From contig OZ024741.1 in NCBI GenBank assembly GCA_964016885.1, positions 144,646,001 to 144,710,000 of the forward strand: a stretch of 64,000 nucleotides of DNA, in the 5' to 3' direction. The DNA comes from Eledone cirrhosa. Lineage: Eukaryota. The notes below the pieces were generated by a model that did not search any database, was not told where the DNA came from, and was given only the letters and a program-made list of their open reading frames with translations. Every line of letters begins with the position of its first letter. Within the stretch, counting starts at the first letter, position 1. Shown in pieces: positions 40,171-53,690 of the stretch. Both the position numbers and the translations under genes were made by a program.

Positions 40171-41447
40171 TCATCATCATCATCATCATCATCACCATTT
40201 TACGTCCGTTATTCCACGCTAGCATGGGTTAGACGGGTTGTCCTGTTGTGGGCAGTGTCTGGTCGGCTGACCATGCCTTGCTCATACAGGAACTGATTTG
40301 GCTTGATTTCTACAGCTGGATGCCCTTCCTAACACCAACCTCATTTACAGTGAGTGCTGGGTGCTTTTTCCTGGCACCTACACGTCCACCTTGCAGTGGG
40401 AGGGTGTAGGGGCATATTGTCTATATGCTTCAGCTTGTACCCATGGGAGGTCGGGTACTCTGTATTACTGCATGATGCCAGAGGTCACGGTCATGTGTCA
40501 TCGCCTTTGAGGTGTAATTGGGTAAGGTCGGCTTTTATCACCTCATCCCTGGTCTTCTTGGGTCCCCCCACTCCGTGGTTTCCATCGACTTCTAGTGCTC
40601 TGCACCTTTTTATGCAGCTGTCATCCTTCATACGCATCACATGTCCATACCAACGCAACCGCCTCTCCTGCACACAGCATTTGATTCCTCTTATGCTCAG
40701 TCTCTCTCTCAATTAATTTATGCTTTGTCGTTCACGTATATTACTATTACACATCCATCAGAGCATGCAGGCTTCGTTTCTCTCTAATCTACGTAAGTCT
40801 TCCACCTTCAACACCCAGGTCTCACTACCATGTAACATTGCTGTTCGGATACACGCATCATACAGTCTGCCTTTTGCAGCTAGCAGTGGTAGTAGTTCCC
40901 TAGACTTCTTCCATCCCGTTCTTACCCTAGTTATTGTACTTTCTGAACACCCACCTCGGCTGCTAATTCGGTCACTAGGTAGCAGAAGCTGTCTACTGTC
41001 TCTACAGAGCCCTCCCAGAGATTGGTGGTACTTGTTTCCTGTGGCTGTTTGCTGCTTGCTGTTTCAGCACAGCTGCTGCATGTGAAGCCTACATTCTTAA
41101 TTAAGCTTCCTGAGATCCCGTTACATCTCATGTGTACCCATTGTTTGCATTTGGAGCAGAGAATGGAGTTCCTACCTACACCTTTCCTACATACTGAGCA
41201 AGGCCATTTCCCTGAGGGGATCTGGGTTCTATTTTCTCGTCTACTTACAAGGACCTTAGTCTTTGTCATGTTGACTTTGAGACCCTTTCTTTCTAGTCCC
41301 TGCTTCCACGTTTGGAATTTCTTCTCTAGTTCTACCATAGATTCAGCTATAAGTGCGAGGTCATCAGCATACAGGAGTTCCCATGGGCATCCGGTCTTAA
41401 ACTCCTCCGTTATTGCCTGCAGGACTATGATGAACAGGAGAGGGCTT
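40171..41447 (-). mobile_element. RTE family B fragment
   Basis: [33 protein letters not shown] finger and RRLRWYGHVMR; near-identical to 6124-7460. Confidence 0.93.
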
Positions 41448-42465
41448 TTACATATACATACATATATACAATTAATATGAAGCATTGTGAGATATGTAAT
41501 AAATGACTGATAAGTTTTAAAAAGTTGGTAAAGGACAAAGGAGATATATCTATATATAGTTTCATGTATTTGATTGATAAAGTGTTAGTCATTTTTTGTT
41601 TATAAATGCTAGTTGAGAACTTTTATTTGAGAATATGAAAATCTCTTTCTTCACACTCTGAATTTACCCACCAACTTGACGTTCCTCATTTGAAGAAAGT
41701 CACTTGACACAGCTAAATTTACTACTACAGTAGAATGCCTCAATGCCTCCAGACCAACACAAGTGACAAGCAAGAACCCAAGTGACCAACCACATGAAAT
41801 AAACATAAACAAAAAGCATTTTTTGGAAGACTGTAACACAGTTTGAAAAGGCTGCAAACACAGCTGAAACTGGTAAAAGTAAACAAAAATAAATAATCAT
41901 GAAATTACTTGGCTCATGAATACAGAAACCTTCTAAATAACCAAAAGGTCAGTTATTGCATTTTCCAAACCCTATTTTCCCTATAGCATGTGATCTGTAA
42001 AGAAACCCTGAATGTCTTCTGTGGATCATTATAGTTTCAAATGCATTAAAGACAGGACTATTCTCCACAGTACATCAATAACTATTCTCAGATAGCTATT
42101 CAGTAAGAAAACAATGGATGTTGGACAAAGAAAAACAAAAAACAACAAAGAAATATCAGCATACTGATATGGGATGGGAAAAGTTACAATCAAAAGTAGC
42201 ACACATAAGTAACCTTAAGAAGAAATGGAAAAATTAATACAAGTTGGTGGATCATGTCCTGGAACAAGTATTAACAAACAAAAGATTGTCTGAACTGATA
42301 CTTAGTCAGATCACTAAAGGAGGAAACAAAGGCTAGAACAGAAGTGTTGGGTAGGGCAGTATGAACAGAAGTGGTGGGCAGAGCAGTAAAAAAACTGAGA
42401 GAGAAGGAGAAGAAAAGGTAGATGAAAGGATATAGAAGGAGGATTAGAGATAGATAGATAGATAG

Positions 42466-42518
<53 letters not shown>

Positions 42519-42606
42519 CTCACAGCAGTAGTAAACAAAGTTGATTTTAAAATAGGGCTGTGTGGTTACTAGGAAATATTATAAAGAAATGTAATCACGC
42601 ATACGT

Positions 42607-42653
<47 letters not shown>

Positions 42654-42793
42654 TATATATATACATATGGTCAGCCATAACTTGATGCACGGTCAGCCAT
42701 AACTCGATCGGTATGCAAATGAGGCTACCCAGCTGATGTGTACTTAAGCAAATACTATATATTTTCAACCGGTCAACAGACTGGCAGAGGTAT

Positions 42794-42836
42794 ACAGTCT
42801 TGATGAAGGGTAATGGCCCAGAAACATGTTGATTGT
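42794..42836 (+). ncRNA. Minimal hammerhead motif (C3U variant)
   Basis: acagtc TTGATGA aggg taatgg ccca GAAA catg TT gattgt; palindromic stem III ACATGT. Confidence 0.65.
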
Positions 42837-43502
42837 TCCTCTATGACTGTTGAACTAACGGATGATGATTTGTCATTGGCACGGCACAGCTTTAATCGGG
42901 CCATTTGTTTATAAATGAATCGAACATTATTATTAATATTCGATATAACCCATACATACATTATGTATATGTATATATATGTGCATAAATACATATGTAT
43001 GTGTATATATGTATACATAATTACATTTATGTATCAGACGTGTTAGGGTGAGAAATAAAATTCTAATTTTATTATAAAGAAACATGTGGAAAAAGGGAAC
43101 AGAAAACATGGAAGACACAAACACAAAGACGATTCCTGGTGATTGGCTGTCTTCTGTGGATTATTATAGTTTTGAATGCATTAAAGACAGGACTATTCAC
43201 CGCAGTGCATCAATAACTATTTTTGTATATGTTGGTGACATGACAAAAATAACCAAATCCACACTGTAAAGTGGTTGTGTTTGTGACATAAAAAAAAGCA
43301 ATCAGCCCACACTGTGGAGTAGTCATTTCAGTACCGGAATAAAAAGCATCCAGGCCACACTGTAATGAGGGTGCTGTTAAAAACCAAACCAAAATACAGA
43401 TCTATATGAGCAAGACATGGTTTCAGGACCTGACTTGTCTCATAAAGTGACAACCAGTTTAACTTAAGCAAGTGTGGAAAATGGGCGTTAAACAATAATG
43501 AT

Positions 43503-43562
<60 letters not shown>

Positions 43563-43665
43563 TAGAAGGGGTATTTAATTTGTTGGAAATCCGTCTATCC
43601 AGAGAATATCCAACTGATAAGGTATGATTTTCCTGGGTATGTCTCTATTTATAAAACAAACTTTG

Positions 43666-43728
43666 TATTTTATCTGAAGAAAGCGTACCAAAGTCTTTTG
43701 GTACACTTGAAATATATATAATAAAATA
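43666..43728 (+). ncRNA. Minimal type-I hammerhead ribozyme
   Basis: tattttat CTGAAGA aagcgtaccaaa gtct tttggtacactt GAAA tatata TA ataaaata; 8-bp stem I and palindromic stem III. Confidence 0.8.
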
Positions 43729-44084
43729 AATATGGTTTTATAAATATAGTTTCCATTTATTTAATATCACTGTATATATATATATATATATATATATATG
43801 ATAGATAAGTGTGTAACTATAGTTACAGGCAGTTCACCGTTCTAAGCACTCAAGGCTGTTACAAGGTCAGTCTTGTGTTGGGTTCCATTCCAAAGTTAAG
43901 GCTGTAGTGTGCAGTCTTTCATAATCATCATCATCATCGTTTAATGCCCACCTTCCACGCTAGCAAGGAAGTATCAGGCCCTGGTCATTACAACTGAGCT
44001 GATTGATATTGAAACGATTGTAATATGCCAATAAAGATTATATATATGCTTCAACAGTGACTTTGATCCTACATACTTTTATTT

Positions 44085-44126
<42 letters not shown>

Positions 44127-44442
44127 AGTATGTAGGATCGAAGTCACTGTTGAAGCATATATATAATCTGTGTGTATATATATATGAAAAGGAAGTTGAA
44201 AATGCAATTCAAGACTGAATTTTCAAATTCTTTTTCCTATATTTTTACCTATGACCCATGTGGGTAAAAATATATGAAAAAGAATTTGAAAATTCAGTCT
44301 TGAATGTGTGGCTATGATGGCCACACATTTCTGCATCTTTCTTGACTTTTGAAAATTACAAAACTTGTGAAACTGCTAAATAAACCTTCTTAAAGACTCC
44401 AATTGCATTTTCAACTTCCTTTTCATATAAATATATATATAT

Positions 44443-44473
<31 letters not shown>

Positions 44474-44890
44474 CATACACATATATATATACATACACAC
44501 ATATATATATATACATATATATATACATAACAAAGGAATTGTGGTAAGGAACCAGATGGACCATAACACACCAAAGTACTCAATACTTAGGGTAGTAGAG
44601 TGGGTAATAGGAACAAGTATGACCCCGACGGCAGAGCTCAAGCCGTTTCGACGGCTATATCCAGAAATAGCCGTCGAAACGGCTTGAGCTCTGCCGTCGG
44701 GGTCATACTTGTTCCTATATATATACATATATATATACACACACATATATATTTGTGTGTATGTGTGTATATGTATGTATACATTTATATATATACATAC
44801 TGTATATATATATATATATATATACATGCCTGTAGACACAAATATAGATTTATATATTCAAATATATATTTTAATAAAAAAGATGTCTCT

Positions 44891-44944
<54 letters not shown>

Positions 44945-47024
44945 CTTTGCAACTGAGCAAGTATAAAGAAAGTCATATTTGATATATTAAAATATAATTT
45001 TCTGCTCTCCAATTTCAGAAAGTGCCCGAGGCATGCCAAGAATTTCTTTTCACTTGAATAATACGAGAAATATATGATATTACAGTTGAATAGACGTTGT
45101 TGTTGTTAGTGGTGATGGTCAATAGCTGTAATCATCACTGTGATGTATCAGATATCAGGAAACACATTTTTAATTCTTTTACTGGATTTAGTCATTAGAT
45201 TGTGGCCATGCTGGTGCACTGGCTTAAAAATCAGTCATATCAACCCTAATTAATTATTCTTTTTTCCAAGTCTGATGCTCTCATTATTTGCCCATATACT
45301 GCCATGCAACTGATATATTATTTTATTAAATCCAAAAGAATAACAATCACATTTAACCTCTGTGTGTGATTTGAAAAGCTACCTTATAGTTTCTGTCTGC
45401 CAAATTCATTCAGAAGGTATTGGTGAGCCTGTGGCAAAATAGAAGATACTTGACCCCCACCCCACCCCCACCCCCACCACACACACATATACATACATAC
45501 ATATATACACATATATATTTTACAGGTTGCATTCATTGGACTGTAGCAATGATGGTGCACCATCTCGAATGCATTTAGTCAATCTTATCAACCAAAGATT
45601 TATTTTTTTCAAATCTTTTACTTATTTTATTGACCTCTTCTTGTCGAACTGTCATATTACAGAATATAAACAAACAGTAAATGTGAAGATAAACATAGAG
45701 ACACATATAAACATATACAAAAGTTACTGTCTCCCAAATTTTGCTCACATATTGATGAATCTAAGACTATAGTAAAAGATACTAGCCAAAGATGCCATAC
45801 AGTAATACTGAATCTGAAACTACTTAGCTGCAAACCTAGCTCCTTAACCACACACCATATCTGCATCTGTCATGATAAAATGCACCCAGTACATATTGCA
45901 AAGTGGTTGTGCCAGTGCCATGATAAGATGCATCCAGTACATAATGTATGGTGTTTAAGCATAATGAAAGACATCCTGCTGTAGAAATCATGCAAAAAAA
46001 ATGGAATGTATTAACAAGACATAGTCCTCCGGACCATGTGCTTTCTCGGACTGTGATATCCTGTCTAACCCATGCCAGCATGAGATAGAATATTGCAGCA
46101 TCACTCTTAAGGTCACCTTTCCCTCTCTTTCCACACTCTTGGCAAACAACATGCAGCCTCCACACAGCCCCTATTATTGCCTCCTTAGCCTGCCCAAGGA
46201 CACAATATGCACCCAGATGCTGAAAATGGTAATGCTGGTGCCACAATAAAATACATTCAGCCCACACTGTAAAGAGGCAGTGCTAGTTCCATGATAAATG
46301 TACCTAAACCACACTGTAAAGTGGTAATGCTGGTGCCACAGAATAAAGCACCCTGTCCATCCTGTTAGGTGATAATGGTGGTTCAACAATAAAATGGACC
46401 TGGTATATGTCATAAAGTGGCTGTCATTAGGAAGGGCATCCAGCTAGAGAAACCATGCCAAAATGTAACATATAAGCTGCCACTCAAACCTTAGAACATG
46501 ACAACCTGTTTAAGCCACATAAGCTTGAAAAATAGATATAAAACAGTGATGCTGTTGATGATGGCGATGTTGACATAGCCACCATAGCTAACTATATTAT
46601 TTCTCTTTATTACACATAATATTGAGTTATCATGACGCAATGGAGGCTCATTACTACTCTTCTATTGATCTCTTCAAACACATATGTAGAAGGTTTCTTC
46701 GCATAGTGCTTTCCTTCATAGACATTATTGTTTTATGGTGCCTATTATTGGAATAAGTCTATATGGCTGGAATAAATGCAAATGAAATTAAGCCATCATG
46801 AGTGAGTAACTGATATAATCTAACTTAATGAGTTGTCTCATTGTTTTAGTTTTTAGAGCAAAGGAATGGTAATGTCTATTAACTTACTACTGAGTCAAGA
46901 ATATTTTAACAGTATTCTGCTGTTTTGCTGTTTTATAAGTATCTGGTTTTTTAAAAACAAATTTCCATATTATGTGCAGCAGCATCATTATCATCATTCT
47001 CCTCCTCATCTTCACCATCCTGCT

Positions 47025-47576
47025 GTGTGCAGGAGAGGAGGTTGCGTTGGTATGGACATGTGATGCGTATGAAGGATGACAGCTGCATAAAAAGGTGCAG
47101 AGCACTAGAAATCGATGGAAGCCGTGGAGTGAGGAGACCCAAGAAGACCTGGGATGAGGTGATAAAAACCGACCTTACCCAATTACACCTCTCAAAGGCG
47201 ATGACACATGACCGCGACCTCTGGCATCACGCGGTAACACAGAAGACCCCCCCCCACGGGTACAAGCCGAAGCTGAAGCATATAGATAATATGACCCCAC
47301 ACCCTCCCACTGCAAAGTGGTCGTGGAGGTGCCACGGCAAAAAAGCACCCAGCCCACACTGTAAAGTGGATGTGTAGGCGCCATGGAAATAAAGCACCCA
47401 GCACTCAATGTAAATGAGGTTGGTGTTAGGAAGGGCATCCAGCTGTAGAAATCATGCCAGAATCAGTTCCCATATGAACAAGACATGGTCAGTTGAACGG
47501 CTACTACTCACAACAAGACAACCTGTCTAACCCATGCTAGCATGGAAGAACGGACGTAAAACGGTGATGATGATGA
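47025..47576 (+). mobile_element. RTE family B 3' fragment
   Basis: QERRLRWYGHVMRMKDDSCIKRCRALE plus family B 3'UTR and (GAT)n tail. Confidence 0.92.
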
Positions 47577-47700
47577 TATATATACATATATATATACATA
47601 TATACATACATATATATACAAATATATATATATATACATATATACATATATATATACATATATACATACATATATATACAAATATATATATATATACATA

Positions 47701-47925
47701 TCATCATCATCATCATCATCAGGTTTAGCGTCCGTGTTCCATGCTTGCATGGGTTTGGACGGGGGTTTTCCCACTTGAGGCAAGAGTGGTTGTCTTGCTT
47801 GCATAGGACTGTCTGGCGGGTTTTCTACAGTTGGATGCCCTTCCTAACACCAACCACATTTACAGTGTGGGGCTGGGAGGTTTTTACCGTGTTGCCTACA
47901 CGGCCACATTTACAGCGTGGACTGT
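47701..47925 (-). mobile_element. RTE family A 3'UTR fragment, tail-to-tail with the family B copy
   Basis: Near-identical to 1043-1270. Confidence 0.9.
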
Positions 47926-47927
47926 AT

Positions 47928-48066
<139 letters not shown>

Positions 48067-48073
48067 CATATAC

Positions 48074-48118
<45 letters not shown>

Positions 48119-48297
48119 GGTGCATGGCTAAGCGGTTAGAGCATTGGGCTTGCAATCAAAAGGTTGTGAGTTCAATTCTTGGACCGGGTGATGTGTTGTT
48201 TCCTTGAGCAAGACACTTTATTTCACATTGCTCCAGTTTACTCAGCTGTAGAAATGAGATGATAGGACTATCATCCCACTATATATATATATATATA

Positions 48298-48740
48298 AAT
48301 GTACATGAGCTACTGTGAGAGGCTAAAAAACTGAAACTCTACTCATTGGAACGAAGATGGGAGAGATACACAGTAATATACATATGGCAAACCCTGGAGG
48401 GACTAGCACCAAGCTTTGGCATTGGAAGCTGGACCAACCCCCGAACAGGACGACACGGTATGATACCAAAGGTCCCGTCTTTAACATATAGAATAAGGTG
48501 CAGATATTGCAATAGCCTGGGTTCAAAGGCCCCCAACTCTTCAACAACCTGCCAAGAAATTTGAGAGATCTGCATGGTGTGTACGTGGATGTTTTTAAGA
48601 AACATTTCGACACCCTGCTATCCAGGATCCCAGTAGGCCTAAGGGCAGTAGCAACAAACTCCCAAACACAGGCTGGAGATAGAATGTGTAGCAACAAGAG
48701 CATGGTCTCAGCCAGATGGCTGGAACAGGTAAAAGAGTAT
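48298..48740 (+). mobile_element. CR1/L2-type LINE 3' fragment
   Basis: SYCERLKKLKLYSLERRWERYTVIYIW...LFNNLPRNLRDL...FKKHFDTLL is a typical CR1-like ORF2 C-terminus. Its tail (...gaacaggtaaaagagta) also occurs inverted at about 20760 and 58978. Confidence 0.8.
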
Positions 48741-48841
48741 GTATACGGACGTACAGTAGTATGTATATACATACATGCACACACATATATATATGTACGT
48801 ATTTAATCGATTGAATGTTCAATCGATTGACAGGAAGTTAT

Positions 48842-48884
48842 ACGGTGCTGATGACAGCTAACAAGCTAGAAACTAGTTCATCGT
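48842..48884 (+). ncRNA. Minimal type-I hammerhead ribozyme
   Basis: acggtg CTGATGA cagct aaca agcta GAAA ctag TT catcgt; palindromic stem III ACTAGT; same family as 42794. Confidence 0.75.
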
Positions 48885-49231
48885 TCCTTTGTCAGTGTTG
48901 AACAAAAGGGCAACAATGGTTGCCGAACACTGTACGGCTTAATTCGGGCTGTTTATTTACAAACAAACTGAACATTATAATAAATGTTCGGTAAATCTAT
49001 ACGTACATATATATATATATGTGTGCATGTATGTATGTATATACATACTACCGTACGGCTGTATACATATATGTATGAATGTATACATACTTATATTCAA
49101 GTATGAGCCGTACTAAGAGTGAGAAATGAAATTTCATTTTTTCCAGTATATATATATATATACACATATAAGTGTGTGTGTGTGTGTATATATATATATA
49201 TGAATGTATATTATCTATATATCTATATAAT

Positions 49232-49576
49232 GGAGGCACATGGCTTAGTGGTTAGAGGATTGGCCTTGCAATCGAAAGGTTGTGAGTTCAATTCTCAGAC
49301 CGGGTGATGTGTTGTTTCCTTGAGCAAGACACTTTATTTCACATTGCTCCAGTTTACTCAGCTGTAGAAATGAGATGTTAGGGACTGGGGTCCATATCAT
49401 TCCACTGCAGAGTGGTTGTGGAGGTGCCACGGCAAAAAAAAAAGCACCCAGCACTTACTGTAAATGAGGTTGGTGTTAGGAAGGGCATCCAGCTGTAGAA
49501 ATCAAGCCAGAATAAGTTCCCGTCCCACCCTTGCAAGCAGGGAAAAGTGGACGTAAAATGATGATGATGATGATGA
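49232..49576 (+). mobile_element. SINE family 2
   Basis: Near-identical to 38281-38661. Partial copies at 48117-48281 (+), 62402-62627 (-) and 7768-7967 (-). Confidence 0.85.
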
Positions 49577-49810
49577 TATATATGTATGTAAGCAGCATGG
49601 CACATAATGATATGTGTTAAAAAATAAACACCAGCACAAATGTAACTTTGGAAATGAAATTCTGAAAAGCAAACCATATCTGAAACCAGTTAATTAAAAA
49701 ACAAATGAGATAACCATAATTCTTTCAACAAACACTCAAGAATGTCTTTTGGTAATGTAGTTTTATGTGGTACATGACATAAGAAGTTAAAGAAAAATGA
49801 GGTTATTTAC

Positions 49811-49967
49811 CTGATTTGGTTGAGATGTGTTTGGATATGACATAAGAATATTATATGGAGTGATAGTAACATTTGTCAAGCCATTCTGCTGCCATGTTTT
49901 GAAGATTTTATTTACAATTTCTTCTTCTCCAGGCGTTCCTGTTAAGCGAGGTTTTTCTGTATACTCT
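49811..49967 (-). CDS. Glutamate carboxypeptidase II / NAALADase-like (M28B) gene, internal exon A (most 5' exon found)
   Basis: Translates (R)EYTEKPRLTGTPGEEEIVNKIFKTWQQNGLTNVTITPYNILMSYPNTSQPNQ, matching the GCPII 'PHLAGT...W..FGL..V....Y.VLLSYP' region. Acceptor ttcatccag| (phase 2), donor CAG|gtaaat (phase 0), 157 nt. Confidence 0.9.
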
Positions 49968-50049
49968 CTGGATGAACAGAAAAAAAAAGAAAATAAATAT
50001 GAAATAAAAATAAAAATGTTATATATCAAAGTCAAAACACTATTATTGT

Positions 50050-50985
50050 AACATAGAGTTACGGCTCTTTATGATCTGAGTTCAAATCCCACCGAAGTTA
50101 GCTTTGCCTTTCATCCTTACAGGGTCGATAAAATAAAGTATCTGTCACGCACTGGGGTTGATTTAATCGACTTTTCCCTCCCCTAAAATTGCTGGCCTTG
50201 TGCTTATATAAGAAACCATTATCAGTAGAGGGTCGGATGCCATGCTTTGATGCATAGAGTTACAGCCCTTGCCATTTTGAGTTCAAATCCCGCCGAGGTT
50301 AACTTTGTTTTCATCCTTACGGGGTCGATAAAATAAAGTACCAGTAATGCACTGAGTAATTGCTGGCCTTGTGCCAAAAGTAGAAACAATTATCATTATT
50401 ATGAGAGCTTCAGACAAAATGCTTTGCAGTCTTTAGTTATGGCTCTTCTAGTTCTGAGTTCAAATCCTGCTGAGGTAAATTGTGCCTTTCATCCTTCTGG
50501 GGTTGATAAAATAAAGTACCAGTCAAGTACTGGGGTTGATGTAATTGACTTACTTCAACCCAACAAAACCGTAGGCCTTGTGCCTAATTCAGAAATCATT
50601 ATTATTTTTTCTTTTAATGCAAATGAAATTTCCAGAGAAAAAGAAATTATGTTATGAATCAGTTAAGATTGAGCAAATAAGAATATACTTGTATATATTG
50701 TGAAGGTTTAGTGGTGAGAGAGTTAGGGTTATAGTCATCTGGTCATGGATTCAATTCCCAGCTCAGGTGACACACTGTGTCATTGAGAAGGCACTTTATT
50801 TCACTGGCAGTATCGGTAGAGGGTCGGACGCCATGCTTTGATGCATAGAGTTACTGCCCTTGCCATTCTGAGTTCAAATCCCGCCGAGGTTAACTTTGCC
50901 TTTCATCCTTACGGGGTCGATAAAATAAAGTACCAGTAATGCACTGGGTAATTGCTGGCCTTGTGCCAAAAGTAGAAACAATTAT
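50050..50985 (+). mobile_element. Cluster of four SINE family 1 copies; the last (50806-50981) is nested in an older SINE
   Basis: Copies at about 50050-50220, 50221-50392, 50400-50600 and 50806-50981; the last has TSD ttatttcac. Confidence 0.85.
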
Positions 50986-52363
50986 TTCACATTGCTCTAT
51001 TTCATCATTGTTGTCACATGCACTTTCTACACTGGCATCGATGGGTTGTCACATGTCATTCATGTGTTTCATAATTGGCATGATTTCTAAGGCTGGAAAC
51101 CCTTCTTAACACCAAAGACCCTGCTCATGAAATTAATCTGCAAGAGACTGAGCAGTCCATAAGCATGTTTACATTAATGTGATTCTAGGAAGGTTCAGCA
51201 TGATGGGGTGTGACAAGCCTAGCCCTTTGAACGACAGATACAGTTCATCCAATGGGCTTCCTAACAGTTTCTGCCCACACAATTTCATTCACAAGATTTG
51301 GGAGAACCTGGGGCTGTGGTAAATGACATTTACCCAAGATGCCACACAGTGGAATTGAATCCAGGACTTTATGAAGTGAAGTGAATTTCTTAACCATTTG
51401 GCCATGTTGTGTTCATATATCCTATTCATCATCATCATTGTTTAAAGTTCATTTTCCATACTACCATGGGTTAGACGGATTGTCCCATTTGAGGCAAGTT
51501 GGGTCAAGTGACCATGTCTTATGCATTTAGAACTGTTTCTGGCTACGTTTCTACAGCTGGATGCCCTTCATAATACCAACCACATTATTATGGATTATAA
51601 TTCTTTCTTACATTGGCACAAGGCCGACACTTTGGGGGAAGAAGTAAGTTGATTATATCAACTGCAATTCTTAACAGAAAGATGAAAGGTAAGGTTGACT
51701 TCAGCATAATTTAAACTTAGAATGTAGAAAATCCTAACTAAATACTGTGAAGCAGTTTGCTCAATCCTCTAGCAATACAGCCAATCCTCAAAACAAGATC
51801 ATTGTTTACAATTTAAAAATGAGTCAACTTAATCAAGTGTATCTGAGATCATTGAACAAAAGATACATTCAGTCACAAGGCATCAACTTTCATATATTTC
51901 AATAAACAGTCTTATGCTATGTTGTTGGGAAAATGTGTCAAGTGACTTCTCATGACATGTTAATTAAGAATGAAACTGTTAAGCATGGTCCTTTTCAAGC
52001 AGCCAAAATGATCTGAGTGGGCACAAATTTCCCTACATGATTAAATACATATGAATATGACTCAGTAATACATAGAATCTGATCAAGCCTTTTAAGGCTA
52101 TAAGCACTCAAAAGATTAAGGTGCTCCCTTTATATATAATATTTTTCGTAATAACAAACAAAGTCTCTCTTCAACTGATGCCCTAAGCATATGTTTATTG
52201 TACTTAATAGTTAATCCAGTCTACCACTCAATACTATACACCACACATAGAAAAAAGAGAAAAGGTTTTAAAAATTATACACTTTTCAAATCATATTAAA
52301 ACAAAAACAATAAAGTTTTTCAATGCATTTTCTCTACATACACATATATATATATATATATGT

Positions 52364-52572
52364 ATATGGTGTGTGTGTGTGTGTGTATACACTCATACAC
52401 ACAAATATATGCATATATATATATAATAGATTGTGTAGTTTTTCTGTAGTGCATACACATGGTGTGTGTGTGTGTGTATACACTCATACACACAAATATA
52501 TGCATATATATATATATATAATAGATTGTGTAGTTTTTCTGTAGTGCATACAGTTCTGTAGTGCATACAGTT
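52364..52572. repeat. Tandem duplication, about 95 bp x2, plus a short re-duplication
   Basis: atggtgtgtg..tacactcatacacacaaata..agattgtgtagtttttctgtagtgcataca occurs twice. Confidence 0.85.
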
Positions 52573-52843
52573 CAAGGTAAGAAGCGTAAGCTATAAGTGA
52601 AGAGGGAAAAGCTAGAATTTAATAAAAAACAATAAATGAGATAAAACTTGTTTAAAACAGTATACATTTTGTGTTTTATTGTCCATTTAGGTGAAAGTAG
52701 AGGTGTAAAAAGATGAGTGTTTGAGATCTAAAATTAGAATAGGGCTAGGGTTAGAATTAGTGTTAGTATTATTGTTAGAATAGTTTCCATGAACGGTTAC
52801 ATAGCTACAGTCAACTAGCCTTGTTGCTGGGTTAGTTCACTTG

Positions 52844-53690
52844 ATAGTGAGTGGTTTGGGATTTTATAATCCTTCTTCAGACAATGTTAATCTAGTTCCA
52901 AATCTGTTGTTACCTATTGGAGTACGTTTATATGTCCAAGTTACTCTGATGGTTTAGAGTAGGCAACCACTTCCTAATAAAATGGGCCTTTGCTATTCTT
53001 AGGTTGACCGTATCTTTTAGCTATGCAAGTATTTTTGGAGTTATTCTTCCTTCACATATTTCTTTGTGTTGAAATACTGCACTCAGAAGTGTTGCTTTTT
53101 CAAAATGCTCAGGTATTTGGTTATGAAGATTGTGTTTTGTGGAACCGATGTAGTTGGCTCGACAAGTGCAATTCAACACATACACTACATGAATTTTTAG
53201 GCATATCAGTTTTGTATTGCTGCCGTTGTCAATTCCTGTGTATTCCCTGACAGAGCAGCTCTGAAGGCAGCAAGCATCTTCTTCAATGCTCTGTGTTGGT
53301 GTTGCCTCAATGTTCTTCCATGCTTTGTTATTTGCACTGGGAGGCCTGAACTTCTGATACAGTTTCTAAGACGATTTGATGAATGTAGACCCAGGTTTTA
53401 TCTTTGTTCTCTCATTTCTTTTTCTCCTTTTCTTTCTTCTTCTTGGTGTTTTGTCTTTCTTTATTGTTGTTGGTCTGTGATTGGTACGGTGTGATGTGTC
53501 ATTCAGAGTGTAGTGCTCTTCTTTCCAGGCTATCCATTGTTGTTAGGGTTACCAGAGTTCTGCTGAGTCAGGATCCCATTGGAAGGCCACTAGCTTACTT
53601 GTAGATATTGTTTTATACCCAAAGAATATGTTGATGGTAGAGAATTCCAGGAACAAGCTGAAGCCTGCTAATGGAAAGTCTGCCAAATTA
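52844..53690 (-). mobile_element. Degraded Penelope-like element: RT fragment, GIY-YIG endonuclease and 3' hammerhead remnant
   Basis: Manual translation gives IYK*ASGLPMGS*LS...MDSLE (PLE RT motif) near 53520-53610 and VVYVLNCTCRANYIGSTKHNLHNQIPEH (GIY-YIG) near 53105-53190. Downstream: attgt CTGAAGA aggat..atcc cAAA ccac TC actat at 52844-52885. Confidence 0.8.
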
